Both the position numbers and the translations under genes were made by a program. A DNA stretch of 46,986 nucleotides from an uncultured delta proteobacterium (GTDB lineage Bacteria > Myxococcota_A > Polyangia > Fen-1088), in the NCBI GenBank assembly GCA_963737265.1, contig CAVTRY010000001.1, forward strand, positions 1 to 46,986, read 5' to 3'. Positions 28,888-38,625 of the stretch are shown here, in pieces. The notes under the pieces were generated by a model. The model made no database searches. It saw only the letters and a list, made by a program, of their open reading frames with translations, and had not been told where the DNA came from. Numbering within the stretch: position 1 is the stretch's first letter; every line of letters starts with the position of its first letter.

Positions 28888-28995
28888 TCTCCAGCCAAGA
28901 GATTCAGGATGTCCGCCTCACGGGCAACGGATGGGCACTTCATAAAAGAGAAATGCAGGAAGCACATCGGCATCTCTTTCGGACCCGTCGCAGGA

Positions 28996-30408
28996 TCAGC
29001 GGGAGATGGCTCCAAAGACCCGCGCCATCCGCCCCACGCCATCCCGGATTTGTTTTAATTCGAACGCCGCCAGTCCGAACAGCAATCCAGGCTGGATGGG
29101 CAGCATTGCGTAACGCGAGAGCGGCGGAACATCAAGCCCAACTGCAAGCAGCCGCCGACTCAGCCTTTCGTCGTTCATGTCCTCAGGCAACATGCCAGCC
29201 AGATTCATGCCGCGTCCGGTTACCGGAAATTTCAGCGGCAGTTTGCGGCGCTCGATCTGCTCCAGGAAAAACGTCTGCCTTTCCGCGTAGCGCCGCCGGC
29301 AGCGCCGCAGATGGGCATAAAATCCACCACTGTCAAGAAAGGCCGCCAGCGTTGCCTGATCGACGAGTGGACTGTAGTCGTCCACGGTTGACTTGAGCGC
29401 GGCGAACGGTTCCTGCAGGGCTGGCGGCAGAACCACATATCCCAGGCGGAGACCTGGGCAGAGTGTCTTGCTGAAGGATCCTACATAAATCACGCGAGAG
29501 TGTTCGTCGAGGCTCTGCAGACTGGGCTGAGGCAAGCTCGTATAGCGAAATTCGGCGTCGTAGTCGTCTTCCACGATCCACGCGCCGGCCGTGTTCGCCG
29601 CCTGTAGGAGCGAGAGTCTTCGCCCCAGCGACATGCACGCCCCCAGCGGAAACTGATGGGAAGGCGTCACATAAATCAGCGTTGCGTCCAGTTTCTCGTC
29701 CTCGGCCAGGCGGATGCCTTCTTCGTCCACGGGAGCCGGTACGATGGTCGCGCCCGCATGGCTCCATGCGTTCCGCGCGCCGGGATAACCTGGCTCTTCC
29801 ATCATCACGCGAAGTCCCGGGCGCAGCAGCAGATGCGCCAGCAGGAACAGCGCCTGCTGCGAACCATTGGTGATGGCCACCTGGTGCCATGCGCAGCGCA
29901 CGCCACGGCTGTCGCGCAGATAGTCCGCCACGCTCGACCGCAACTCATCGAGCCCCACCGGAAACCGCGACTGATACTGCAGTAGGCTGGCGCCTCTGCG
30001 CAGCACCCGTGTACGATGCCGATTCCAGATCGGCAGCGGAAAGAGATTGACATCCGGTTGCGTGGGACGGAAGGGAACAGGCATGGCCGGCAGCGCTCGC
30101 GTACGCTCGGGCTCGCGCCGCTCCCGGGCGCGCAGCGTCATTGTCCGAAATGCCTGCGTGGCTTTGTTCACGGTGAAACCGCGGCGCAGCGTCGCCTCAA
30201 CATAACCTTCGGCCTGCAGCGTCTCATACGCCGCCACCACGGTGTTGCGCGAGATTGCGAGCTCATGGGCCAGTTCCCGCGTCGACGGCAGTCGCTCCCC
30301 GGCTTCGAGTTCGCCAGACTGAATCAACTTCTTGAACTGGCCGCTCAGCTGTGCCTGAATCGAGCGGTCGTCACTTCGGTTAAGAATCAGATTCCCCGGG
30401 GTTTTCAT
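28996..30408 (-). CDS. MocR/GabR-family PLP-dependent transcription factor
   Basis: RLPSTRELAHELAISRNTV wHTH; YVTPSHQFPLG, EDDYDAEFRY, GSFSK. Confidence 0.95.
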   Translation of the reverse strand: MKTPGNLILNRSDDRSIQAQLSGQFKKLIQSGELEAGERLPSTRELAHELAISRNTVVAAYETLQAEGYVEATLRRGFTVNKATQAFRTMTLRARERREPERTRALPAMPVPFRPTQPDVNLFPLPIWNRHRTRVLRRGASLLQYQSRFPVGLDELRSSVADYLRDSRGVRCAWHQVAITNGSQQALFLLAHLLLRPGLRVMMEEPGYPGARNAWSHAGATIVPAPVDEEGIRLAEDEKLDATLIYVTPSHQFPLGACMSLGRRLSLLQAANTAGAWIVEDDYDAEFRYTSLPQPSLQSLDEHSRVIYVGSFSKTLCPGLRLGYVVLPPALQEPFAALKSTVDDYSPLVDQATLAAFLDSGGFYAHLRRCRRRYAERQTFFLEQIERRKLPLKFPVTGRGMNLAGMLPEDMNDERLSRRLLAVGLDVPPLSRYAMLPIQPGLLFGLAAFELKQIRDGVGRMARVFGAISR

Positions 30409-30410
30409 GC

Positions 30411-30456
30411 TCTGGCACCATCGCTCTCTCTGTTTCTGGCACTTTACGTAATCCAG
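30411..30456. promoter_or_regulatory. Putative MocR operator
   Basis: TCTGGCAC direct repeat (30411, 30435; 24-bp period) plus a partial inverted copy ending CCAG at 30456. Confidence 0.55.
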
Positions 30457-30600
30457 CTTTCCATACTACGTTAAAGAAACCCGGGAATCATAGAAACTCC
30501 GGAGCAGTTTTTCCCCGCGTTTGCGGCTGCTCCGTGCAGGCTCCCGGTGCAACTTTCACTTCTATCCCTGCAGTACCCAACCGGTGCAATAGGAAATCTC

Positions 30601-32277
30601 ATGCTAAAGATGGCTTCTATGCTTTTCTGCGGCGCGGCACTGCTCCCTCTATATGGGCAAGCGGATTTGGTGCTGCTCCACGGTAAAGTTTGGACGGAAA
30701 ATCCGCAGCAGCCCGCGGCCGAGGCCTTTGCGGTTTCCGGAGACCGCATTCTTGCTGTCGGCACCGACCAGGAAATCGAAAAATTGATCGGGCCGCACAC
30801 GCGCACCATCGATGCCCACGGGCAGCGCGTGGTTCCCGGCTTTAACGATGCGCATGTCCACTTCTTCTGGGGCGGACAGAGTCTCACGAGTGTGATCCTG
30901 CGCGACGCCGCCAGCCGCGAGGAATTTGTCAGCCGCATCGCGGCCTACGCGCGCACGCGATCCGTCGGGGAGTGGATCGTCGACGGGAACTGGGACGAGG
31001 AAAAATGGACTCCAATCGAACTGCCTACTCACGAGTGGATCGACGCCGTTACTCCCAACAATCCGGTTTGGGTCAACCGATCCGACGGGCACATGATGCT
31101 GGCCAATGCTCTGGCCATGAAGCTGGCCGGCATTACGAAAGATACGCCCGATGTTCCCGGCGGCGTCATCGTGCGCGACAAAAATGGTAATCCCACCGGC
31201 GTCTTCAAGGATGCAGCGAAAGATCTGGTGGAGCGTGTGATACCGCCCCCTTCCGATGCCCAGGTGGATGAGGCGTTGCTGGCCGCGCAGAAGTACGCGC
31301 TCGATAGCGGCGTAACCAGCGTGCAGGACATGGGTTTCACGGGCTCTAAAGCCGCCGATTTGCAGGCGCTTGTGGTCCGCGGTTATCAGCGCCTGATTGC
31401 TGAAGGTAAATGGAAGGTGCGCGTGTCGGCACGCTTTCCGCTCGCCCACTACGAGCGCCTCTCAAGCCTGGGGATTATGACCAACTTCGGCAACAACACG
31501 CTGGTCATCGGCTCGCTCAAGGCCTTTGCAGACGGATCGCTGGGTTCAGGAACGGCCTGGTTTTTCGAGCCCTACACAGATGCGCCCGGCAACTACGGTT
31601 TGCCCACCGCAGAGCTTGCGAATACGGAGCAGTTTTACCAGAACCTTCGCGCCGCCGACCGCGCCAACCTTCATGTTACGGTCCACGCCATCGGCGACCG
31701 CGCCAACAAAACCATCCTCGATCTGTACCAGCGTCTCGAGCAGGAGGATGGCCCGGCCGATCGCCGTTTGCGCATTGAGCACGCCCAACATCTGCGTCCC
31801 GAGGACATCCCGCGTTTCGCCCAGCTCCACGTCATCGCTTCGGTGCAGCCTTATCACTGCATCGACGACGGCCGCTGGGCTGAGAATCGCATCGGCCACA
31901 AACGCGCGGAGACTACCTACGCGTTCAAGTCGCTGCTGGATTCAGGCGCGACTCTGGCCTTCGGCACCGACTGGTTTGTTGCGCCAATGGATCCCATGGC
32001 AACAATCTATGCCGCTGTGACCCGCCGCACGCTCGACGGCAAGAATCCCAACGGCTGGATACCTGAACAAAAGATCACGGTAGCCCAGTCGGTGCACGCC
32101 TACACCGTCGGCTCGGCCTATGCCGAGAGCCAGGACGATATCAAGGGTTCCATTGCGCCGGGCAAGCTTGCCGACTTCGATGTGCTCTCCGAGGACATCT
32201 TTCATATCGATCCGGTGGAGATCGAGAACACAAAAAGTGTGCTCACTGCGGTCGGCGGCGAAGTCGTGCGGCCGTAG
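30601..32277 (+). CDS. Exported amidohydrolase (YtcJ-like, Amidohydro_3)
   Basis: Signal peptide; [43 protein letters not shown]. Confidence 0.93.
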   Translation: MLKMASMLFCGAALLPLYGQADLVLLHGKVWTENPQQPAAEAFAVSGDRILAVGTDQEIEKLIGPHTRTIDAHGQRVVPGFNDAHVHFFWGGQSLTSVILRDAASREEFVSRIAAYARTRSVGEWIVDGNWDEEKWTPIELPTHEWIDAVTPNNPVWVNRSDGHMMLANALAMKLAGITKDTPDVPGGVIVRDKNGNPTGVFKDAAKDLVERVIPPPSDAQVDEALLAAQKYALDSGVTSVQDMGFTGSKAADLQALVVRGYQRLIAEGKWKVRVSARFPLAHYERLSSLGIMTNFGNNTLVIGSLKAFADGSLGSGTAWFFEPYTDAPGNYGLPTAELANTEQFYQNLRAADRANLHVTVHAIGDRANKTILDLYQRLEQEDGPADRRLRIEHAQHLRPEDIPRFAQLHVIASVQPYHCIDDGRWAENRIGHKRAETTYAFKSLLDSGATLAFGTDWFVAPMDPMATIYAAVTRRTLDGKNPNGWIPEQKITVAQSVHAYTVGSAYAESQDDIKGSIAPGKLADFDVLSEDIFHIDPVEIENTKSVLTAVGGEVVRP

Positions 32278-32362
32278 TTTTTCTCAGCAGGGCATTGTCC
32301 GCCCTTCGTTGCTTAAGTGTTTTGCAGCACCGTTCGCAAATCTCTTCCGAGGTATACCTTTC

Positions 32363-33001
32363 GTGTTTGTTCGGCCGTGCTGGCAACCCGCCTGCCCGCA
32401 GGATGCTCTCGAACTCATCGAGCGCAATCCCTGGGCGCTGCTGGTGAGCAATGGGGCAGAATTGCCCTACGCCACCAACTTGCCGCTGCTGCTGGACCGC
32501 GCCTCCCAGAGTACCGTGCTGGTGGGTCACATTGCGCGCGGCAACGAGCATGCGCGCGCGCTCGGCAACGGGACGAATGGCACGCCCGTGCTGGCAATTT
32601 TCGAGGGGCCATGGAGCTACGTGACCGCCAGCTGGTATCCCAATCGCGACATGCCCTCGACGTACTACTACACTGCTGTGCACTGCACCGGAACCCTGGA
32701 GATGCAGACCGAAGGGGAGCTGGACAATTCGCTCGAAGACCTGACCCAGCGGATGGAGTCGCACTATCAGGGCAGCTGGCGCACCAGCGAAATTCCGCGC
32801 AGCGAAATTGTGCGCCGATTTCCTGCGATCACCGGTTTCCGCATTCGAGTCTCGCGTGTCGAGGCCAAGTTCAAGCTGGGGCAAGACGAGCCGCTGCATG
32901 ATGCGCTGGCAGTGGCCGACGCTCTCGAGCAGCACAGCTCGCCGCAGGATCAGGAACTCGCTGCTCTGATCCGGCGGAACAACAATTCGCGGCAGCAGTA
33001 G
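32363..33001 (+). CDS. PaiB / FMN-binding negative regulator family (split barrel)
   Basis: GAGG RBS and GTG start; GHIARGNEH, FEGPWSYVTASWY, AKFKLGQ. Confidence 0.85.
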   Translation: MFVRPCWQPACPQDALELIERNPWALLVSNGAELPYATNLPLLLDRASQSTVLVGHIARGNEHARALGNGTNGTPVLAIFEGPWSYVTASWYPNRDMPSTYYYTAVHCTGTLEMQTEGELDNSLEDLTQRMESHYQGSWRTSEIPRSEIVRRFPAITGFRIRVSRVEAKFKLGQDEPLHDALAVADALEQHSSPQDQELAALIRRNNNSRQQ

Positions 33002-33106
33002 GGCCGCGCCGGACGGGCAGGTCGCTTCCCGTCAACCGCAGCAAGGGTCCTGTTCGCCGAAACATTTACATGCAATTCATAACCATTCTCGCTCTGGAGG
33101 TTCCGC

Positions 33107-36100
33107 ATGACACGAAGCCGCTTTCACTGGATGTGCAAACTGACGCTGCTGCTTGCAACAGCATCGATACCACTCGCTGCCCAGAATGAAACGGGCAGCA
33201 TCACCGGCCACGTCACGGACACGTCCGGCGCGGTCGTTACGGGCGCTACCGTCACCGTCACTGACCTCGGCACCAACGTTGCGCACACCGCCAAGACCGG
33301 GCCGGGCGGCGAATACTCCTTTTCAAGCCTGCGGCCCAGTCATTACAAAATCGTCGTCGCAGCCTCGGGATTTCAGGACAGCCAGATTTCCGATCTCGAA
33401 TTGCACACGCAGGACACTCTGGCGGAGAACATTCGTCTCACCGTTGGCTCCTCCAGTCAAACCGTGACAGTGAATGCTGAAAACGGGGAGATCGATACTT
33501 CCTCCTCGGTAACAACCACAATCGATCGTCACTTCGTTGAGAATATGCCTCTCAGCGGCCGCAGTTTCCAGGCTTTAATCGCGCTCACACCGGGCAACGT
33601 CACCGCCAAGACCTACTACACGAACGCGGGCCAGTTCAGTATCGACGGCCAGCGCACCGACGCGAATTACTTCTCCATCGATGGCGTCAGCGCCAACGTC
33701 GGCATTACCCAGGGCAGCAATGTCTATCTGGGCGCGGCAGGCGCGGGTGCACAGCAGGCGACCAGCAACAATGGCGGTTACAACAATCTGGTGTCGATCG
33801 ACGACATGCAGGAGTACAAGATCCAAACCAACTCTTTCGATGCCGAGTACGGCCGCACGCCCGGCGCGCAACTCTCCATCATTACCCGCAGCGGTACCAA
33901 CAAGTTCCATGGAACCGCATTTGAGTATCTCCGCAACGATGTCTTCGACGCTAACACCTGGTACAACAACAACGAAGGCCTGCCGCGCCTGGCAGAAAAA
34001 CAGAACGACTTCGGAGGAGTTGTCGGCGGTCCCATTCTGCGCGACAAGGCCTTCTTCTTTGTTTCCTATGAAGGGCTTCGCCTGCGCGTGCCGGAGTCCA
34101 AGATTAATATCGTCCCCACCACGTATGCTCGCAGCCAGGCGGCCGCAATCGCTGAACCCCTGCTTGCCGCTTACCCGCTTCCATCCGCTGGCCAGGATCT
34201 GCCCGGCCAATGGACCGGCGAATTTTTCGCCGGCTTCTCCAATCCATCCACGCTCAACGCGACCAGCCTACGTCTCGATTACACCGTCGGTCCAAAGCTC
34301 ACACTTTTTGTCCGCGGCGATGATGCCCCCTCCAACGGCGAGCAGCACGGAGCCTTCGACTTCTACGCGGTCTCAAGCCTCAGCAGCACCATTGCCAATG
34401 TCAACACGATTACCGCGGGAGCCACGTACATCTTAAGTCCAACCCTGGTCGACGACTTCCGCTTTAACATCAGCCACTCAAAGGGCGCCACCACGGTAGT
34501 GCCGATTGCATTTGGCGGATCCACCATTCCCACCAGCAGCTATCTCTTCCAGTCCGATCCCAATTACACCGTCAGCACGTCGGTCTTCGCGCTGTTCTTC
34601 AATGACGACACTACGGACTATTACGTGGGCAACGACGCAACCAACCATCAGCGCCAGCTCAATTACATCGACACGCTCGGCTGGACCAAGGGCAAGCACA
34701 CCTTCAAATTTGGCACAGACATTCGTCACCTCACGCCGACCAATGGCTATCGCCCATGGGACATCTCCTATGACTTCGACAGCGTTCAGGAGTTGGCCAC
34801 CACGCAGATACCGACCAACGGCTACGCCAACGTGGACACCTACGACACCTCGGAACTGAAACCCGTCTTCAACGATGTATCTTTCTTTGCGCAGGATTCC
34901 TGGCAAGTCAAGCCCCGCCTCACGATCAACTACGGGCTGCGCTGGGACTATGATCCGCCGCCCTCTGAAGCCAGTGGCCATCCCTTCTACACGGTCACCG
35001 GCCTTAGCGATATCGCCACCGTGACCATCGCTCCCAAGGGCACGCCGCTGTGGAATGCCAGCAAGACGAACTTCGCTCCCCGTCTCGGCATTTCCTACGT
35101 CCTCCACCAGGCTACAGGCAGTGAAACCGTCTTCCACGGCGGCGGCGGCGTCTTCTATGGCCTCGGCGACCAGCAGGGCGCACAGGGCACGCTCGGCTTT
35201 CCTTATGGCCGTTCTGAATATTTCTTCGGCTCTGCCGGAGCCTATCCCCTCAGCCAGACCACTGCCGCTCCGATCCCCTTCACCTTGAACCCGCCATACA
35301 CCTTCGTCTTCGCATTCGACCCCAACCTGCGCGATCCCAAGGTGTACCAGTGGAACTTTTCGGTGCAACAGAACATGGGGACCAACCGCAACCTGCAGAT
35401 GACCTATGTGGGCAACCACGGAAGCAAGCTTCTTCGTAATGAAATGCTGCAGCCCGCCATGGGCGTCAACCCCGACTTCAGCTATCTCGACGTTGTGACC
35501 AACAACGACTACTCCAACTACGACGCGCTCCAGGTTCAGTTCAAACAGAACCCGTGGCATGACCTCCAGTTTTTCGCAAGCTACACCTGGTCGCATGGGC
35601 TCGATAACGGCTCGAGCGTCGCTCTGCCCATCCCCTACCACACCATTTACAACCCAAGTCTCGACTACGGCGACTCGGACTACGATATACGCAACTCGTT
35701 CAACGCCGCCCTTACTTATGAATTGCCCGCCACGCACGAGAGCAACTCTTTGTTGCACTATGTGAGCAACGGCTGGGCGGTCGACAGCTTGTTCCGCTCC
35801 AACAGCGCCGCGCCTCTCACCATCACCACCGGCGTCTTCGCGTTCGGCCTGGAATGGAACGAAACCGCGGCCAACCAGAGGCCCAACCTGGTCCCCGGTA
35901 CGCCTCTGTATGTCACCGGAGCCGCGTGCAAGGCTATCAACAGCAACATGAATTGTCCGGGTGGCAAAGGCTTTGACGCCGCCCACTTCAGCACCCCAGC
36001 CAGCAGCTTCACCCAGGGCAGTACAGGCCGCAATGTCTTCCGCGGCTTCGATGTCTGGCAAGAAGACCTCGCGCTGCGCCGCGATTTCCCCATCCACGAT

Positions 36101-36346
36101 AACGTCGACATGCTCTTCCGCGCCGAAGCATTCAACGTCTTCAACCATCCGCTGTTTGGCGACGTCGGAGTCAATGATGGCCGCAACATTCTCACCAGCT
36201 ACGGAGCCCCCAATACCTACTTCGGCATCTCGTCTGAAGACCTCGCTTCCAGCCTCGGCGGTGGAGGCGCCGACGGAGGTTACAGCAGCCTTTACCAGAT
36301 TGGCGCACCGCGCTCGTTGCAGTTCGCGCTCAAGCTGAGGTTCTGA
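33107..36346 (+). CDS. TonB-dependent receptor (Oar-like, N-terminal carboxypeptidase-regulatory-like domain)
   Basis: GSITGHVTDTSGAVV, MPLSGRSF, TRSGTNKFHG, QNDFGGVVGGPI, RAEAFNVFNHP, terminal PRSLQFALKLRF. Confidence 0.95.
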   Translation: MTRSRFHWMCKLTLLLATASIPLAAQNETGSITGHVTDTSGAVVTGATVTVTDLGTNVAHTAKTGPGGEYSFSSLRPSHYKIVVAASGFQDSQISDLELHTQDTLAENIRLTVGSSSQTVTVNAENGEIDTSSSVTTTIDRHFVENMPLSGRSFQALIALTPGNVTAKTYYTNAGQFSIDGQRTDANYFSIDGVSANVGITQGSNVYLGAAGAGAQQATSNNGGYNNLVSIDDMQEYKIQTNSFDAEYGRTPGAQLSIITRSGTNKFHGTAFEYLRNDVFDANTWYNNNEGLPRLAEKQNDFGGVVGGPILRDKAFFFVSYEGLRLRVPESKINIVPTTYARSQAAAIAEPLLAAYPLPSAGQDLPGQWTGEFFAGFSNPSTLNATSLRLDYTVGPKLTLFVRGDDAPSNGEQHGAFDFYAVSSLSSTIANVNTITAGATYILSPTLVDDFRFNISHSKGATTVVPIAFGGSTIPTSSYLFQSDPNYTVSTSVFALFFNDDTTDYYVGNDATNHQRQLNYIDTLGWTKGKHTFKFGTDIRHLTPTNGYRPWDISYDFDSVQELATTQIPTNGYANVDTYDTSELKPVFNDVSFFAQDSWQVKPRLTINYGLRWDYDPPPSEASGHPFYTVTGLSDIATVTIAPKGTPLWNASKTNFAPRLGISYVLHQATGSETVFHGGGGVFYGLGDQQGAQGTLGFPYGRSEYFFGSAGAYPLSQTTAAPIPFTLNPPYTFVFAFDPNLRDPKVYQWNFSVQQNMGTNRNLQMTYVGNHGSKLLRNEMLQPAMGVNPDFSYLDVVTNNDYSNYDALQVQFKQNPWHDLQFFASYTWSHGLDNGSSVALPIPYHTIYNPSLDYGDSDYDIRNSFNAALTYELPATHESNSLLHYVSNGWAVDSLFRSNSAAPLTITTGVFAFGLEWNETAANQRPNLVPGTPLYVTGAACKAINSNMNCPGGKGFDAAHFSTPASSFTQGSTGRNVFRGFDVWQEDLALRRDFPIHDNVDMLFRAEAFNVFNHPLFGDVGVNDGRNILTSYGAPNTYFGISSEDLASSLGGGGADGGYSSLYQIGAPRSLQFALKLRF

Positions 36347-36519
36347 ACGGGTTTTCGCTCCCTGAAGAGAGGCAGTTCTACGGGTCCGTTGCTCAAAAGA
36401 ACGGGCCTGCATGGAACAGCCTCTCCTCTATCCCCGGTTAACATGCAATATTAGTTTCAAGTCGTCGAGTCCACCTGGTTTTCCCGCCGAGCTAGTTACA
36501 ACCTTCGAGGAGCGTGACG

Positions 36520-38625
36520 ATGGAGATCAGGGATTCGTCTTCGCAAATACTGATTCGCTTGACATTCATCTCCGCGGCTGCAACGTTTTCTGCCTTCGCG
36601 CAGTCGGTCCCTCCGCCTCCGCCATCGCAGGTGATCCCTGTCATCAGCACGATGCACGGAGTTCGGGTTTCCGATCCGTATCAATGGCTGGAAGACGGTT
36701 CCAGCGCCAACACGCGCGCCTGGATTGCGGCCGAGCAACAATACACCGACACCCTTCTCACCTCGCGGCCTGGCATCGAAGCGCTTCGCGCCCAGACGCG
36801 AGAGCTGGTAGACCTCGAAGAAACCCACCGCGTCATCTGCCGCAATCAGCGCTGCTTTATCGAAAAGAAGCTTGCCGGCCAGCAGAAAGCGTCCATCTTC
36901 CTGCGCGCTGGATCTGATCGCCTGCTCATCGACGCCGCCGGCATCGGCAGTGATCCCGCCGATACAGTGGAATTGCTCAACGTCTCCTCCGATGGCCGCC
37001 TGTTCGCCTACGGAGTGCGACGGGGCGGACGCGATCAGCTCAGCATCCGCTTCCGCGACGTCGACGCCGGTCGCGATCTGGAGTCCGACACGCTGCCGGA
37101 GACCCGCTATCTCTACTGGTCGCTACCCATTGCTCCCGACCGTTCCAGCGTCTACTACGTCCGATTCGACCCGGCTGGGCCGCGCCTCTGCAGGCACCAA
37201 TTCGGCCATCCGCCGGCCGAGGACATCGTGCTGTTCGGTCAGCAGCTTGATGCCACGCAGTTGCTGGCCGCCTCGCTCTCTCCCGACGGCAACTATCTGC
37301 TCGCAACCGTGCTGCACGGCGCGTCGGGAGCCACCGACCTCTACCTCAAGGACCTTCGCTCAGCCGCGCCATTCGTCCCGGTCGTCACCGGCGTGCCAGC
37401 CACCTTCAGTGGATCGATCCTCGGTCACACCCTGTATGTCGAAACCAACTGGCAGGCCGGTCGCGGCCGTGTCTTCGTCACCGACCTCGATCACCCACAG
37501 CAGGAGCACTGGAAGCTGTTGGTGCCCGAACTGCCCCAGGCCACGATCGAAGCCATCGCGCTCACAAGCAATCGCCTCGTCGTCAACGCCATGCACAACG
37601 CGCATTCTGAGCTGCTGGTCTACACGCTCGACGGCCATGCGCAGCCATCCATCCCGCTGCCGGGTGTCGGCGCGGTCGACACTCTGGACGCCGATCCTGC
37701 TTCACCCCAGCTAAATTTCTCTTATACCTCGTTCGATACGCCGACCGGCTTCTATCATTGGTCATCGGGTGCGGTCGAGCCGCTCTCCGCGCCTGCCGTA
37801 CCGGCTGCCCTGCGCGACATCGCGATCGATCAGGTCTGGTATTCGTCGACAGGCAGAGCGCGCGTCCCCATGTTTCTTGCGCATCGCCGCGATGTGAAGC
37901 CCGACGGCAATCTGCCCGTGCTCCTCTACGGCTACGGCGGCTTCAACTGGGCGCAGCTGCCGGCCTTCTCCCCGGAAGAAGCTGTCTGGATCGAGCGCGG
38001 GGGTGTCTATGCTGTTGCGAACATCCGAGGCGGCAATGAATTCGGCGAAGCCTGGCACCGCGCTGGCGAACTCGACAAGAAGCAGAACTCCTTCGATGAC
38101 TTCGCGAATGCCGCGCGCTGGCTCGTCGCCAATCACTACACCCGGCCCGAGCGCCTTGCCATCCAAGGCCTGAGCAACGGTGGACTCCTCGTCACTGCCT
38201 CCATCACGCAGCATCCCGAACTCTATGCAGCAGCCATCGGACGCTATCCACTCATCGATATGATCCGTTACGAGCGCTTTTCCATCGCCCGCTGGTGGAT
38301 CAGCGAGTACGGCTTTGTCGAAAATGCTGACCAATTCCGTGTCCTGTACGCCTATTCGCCCTATCATCACGTTGTGAAAGGCACGCGGTACCCGGCCGTG
38401 CTCTTCATCACCGGCGACGGCGATACCCGCGTCGATCCCTCCCACGCGCGCAAAATGACGGCCATGCTGCAGAGCGCCACCAGCTCCGGCAAGCCCATTC
38501 TGCTGCTCTACGATTCAAAGTCCGGCCACTCTGGAACACTCTCTGCCGACGCCGAAGCAGAACAAACCGCAAATGAACTGGAATTTCTCGATTGGCAACT
38601 TCAAATCCCGGAGTCTACCCGATGA
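36520..38625 (+). CDS. Prolyl oligopeptidase (S9A)
   Basis: DPYQWLED, YGYGGF, NIRGGNEFGEAWH, GLSNGGLL, DTRVDP, GH. Confidence 0.95.
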   Translation: MEIRDSSSQILIRLTFISAAATFSAFAQSVPPPPPSQVIPVISTMHGVRVSDPYQWLEDGSSANTRAWIAAEQQYTDTLLTSRPGIEALRAQTRELVDLEETHRVICRNQRCFIEKKLAGQQKASIFLRAGSDRLLIDAAGIGSDPADTVELLNVSSDGRLFAYGVRRGGRDQLSIRFRDVDAGRDLESDTLPETRYLYWSLPIAPDRSSVYYVRFDPAGPRLCRHQFGHPPAEDIVLFGQQLDATQLLAASLSPDGNYLLATVLHGASGATDLYLKDLRSAAPFVPVVTGVPATFSGSILGHTLYVETNWQAGRGRVFVTDLDHPQQEHWKLLVPELPQATIEAIALTSNRLVVNAMHNAHSELLVYTLDGHAQPSIPLPGVGAVDTLDADPASPQLNFSYTSFDTPTGFYHWSSGAVEPLSAPAVPAALRDIAIDQVWYSSTGRARVPMFLAHRRDVKPDGNLPVLLYGYGGFNWAQLPAFSPEEAVWIERGGVYAVANIRGGNEFGEAWHRAGELDKKQNSFDDFANAARWLVANHYTRPERLAIQGLSNGGLLVTASITQHPELYAAAIGRYPLIDMIRYERFSIARWWISEYGFVENADQFRVLYAYSPYHHVVKGTRYPAVLFITGDGDTRVDPSHARKMTAMLQSATSSGKPILLLYDSKSGHSGTLSADAEAEQTANELEFLDWQLQIPESTR

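Noticed and set aside
36382-36408. Hairpin after the TonB receptor gene as a terminator
   Set aside because: Wobble-rich stem with no U-tract; at most an mRNA-stabilising structure
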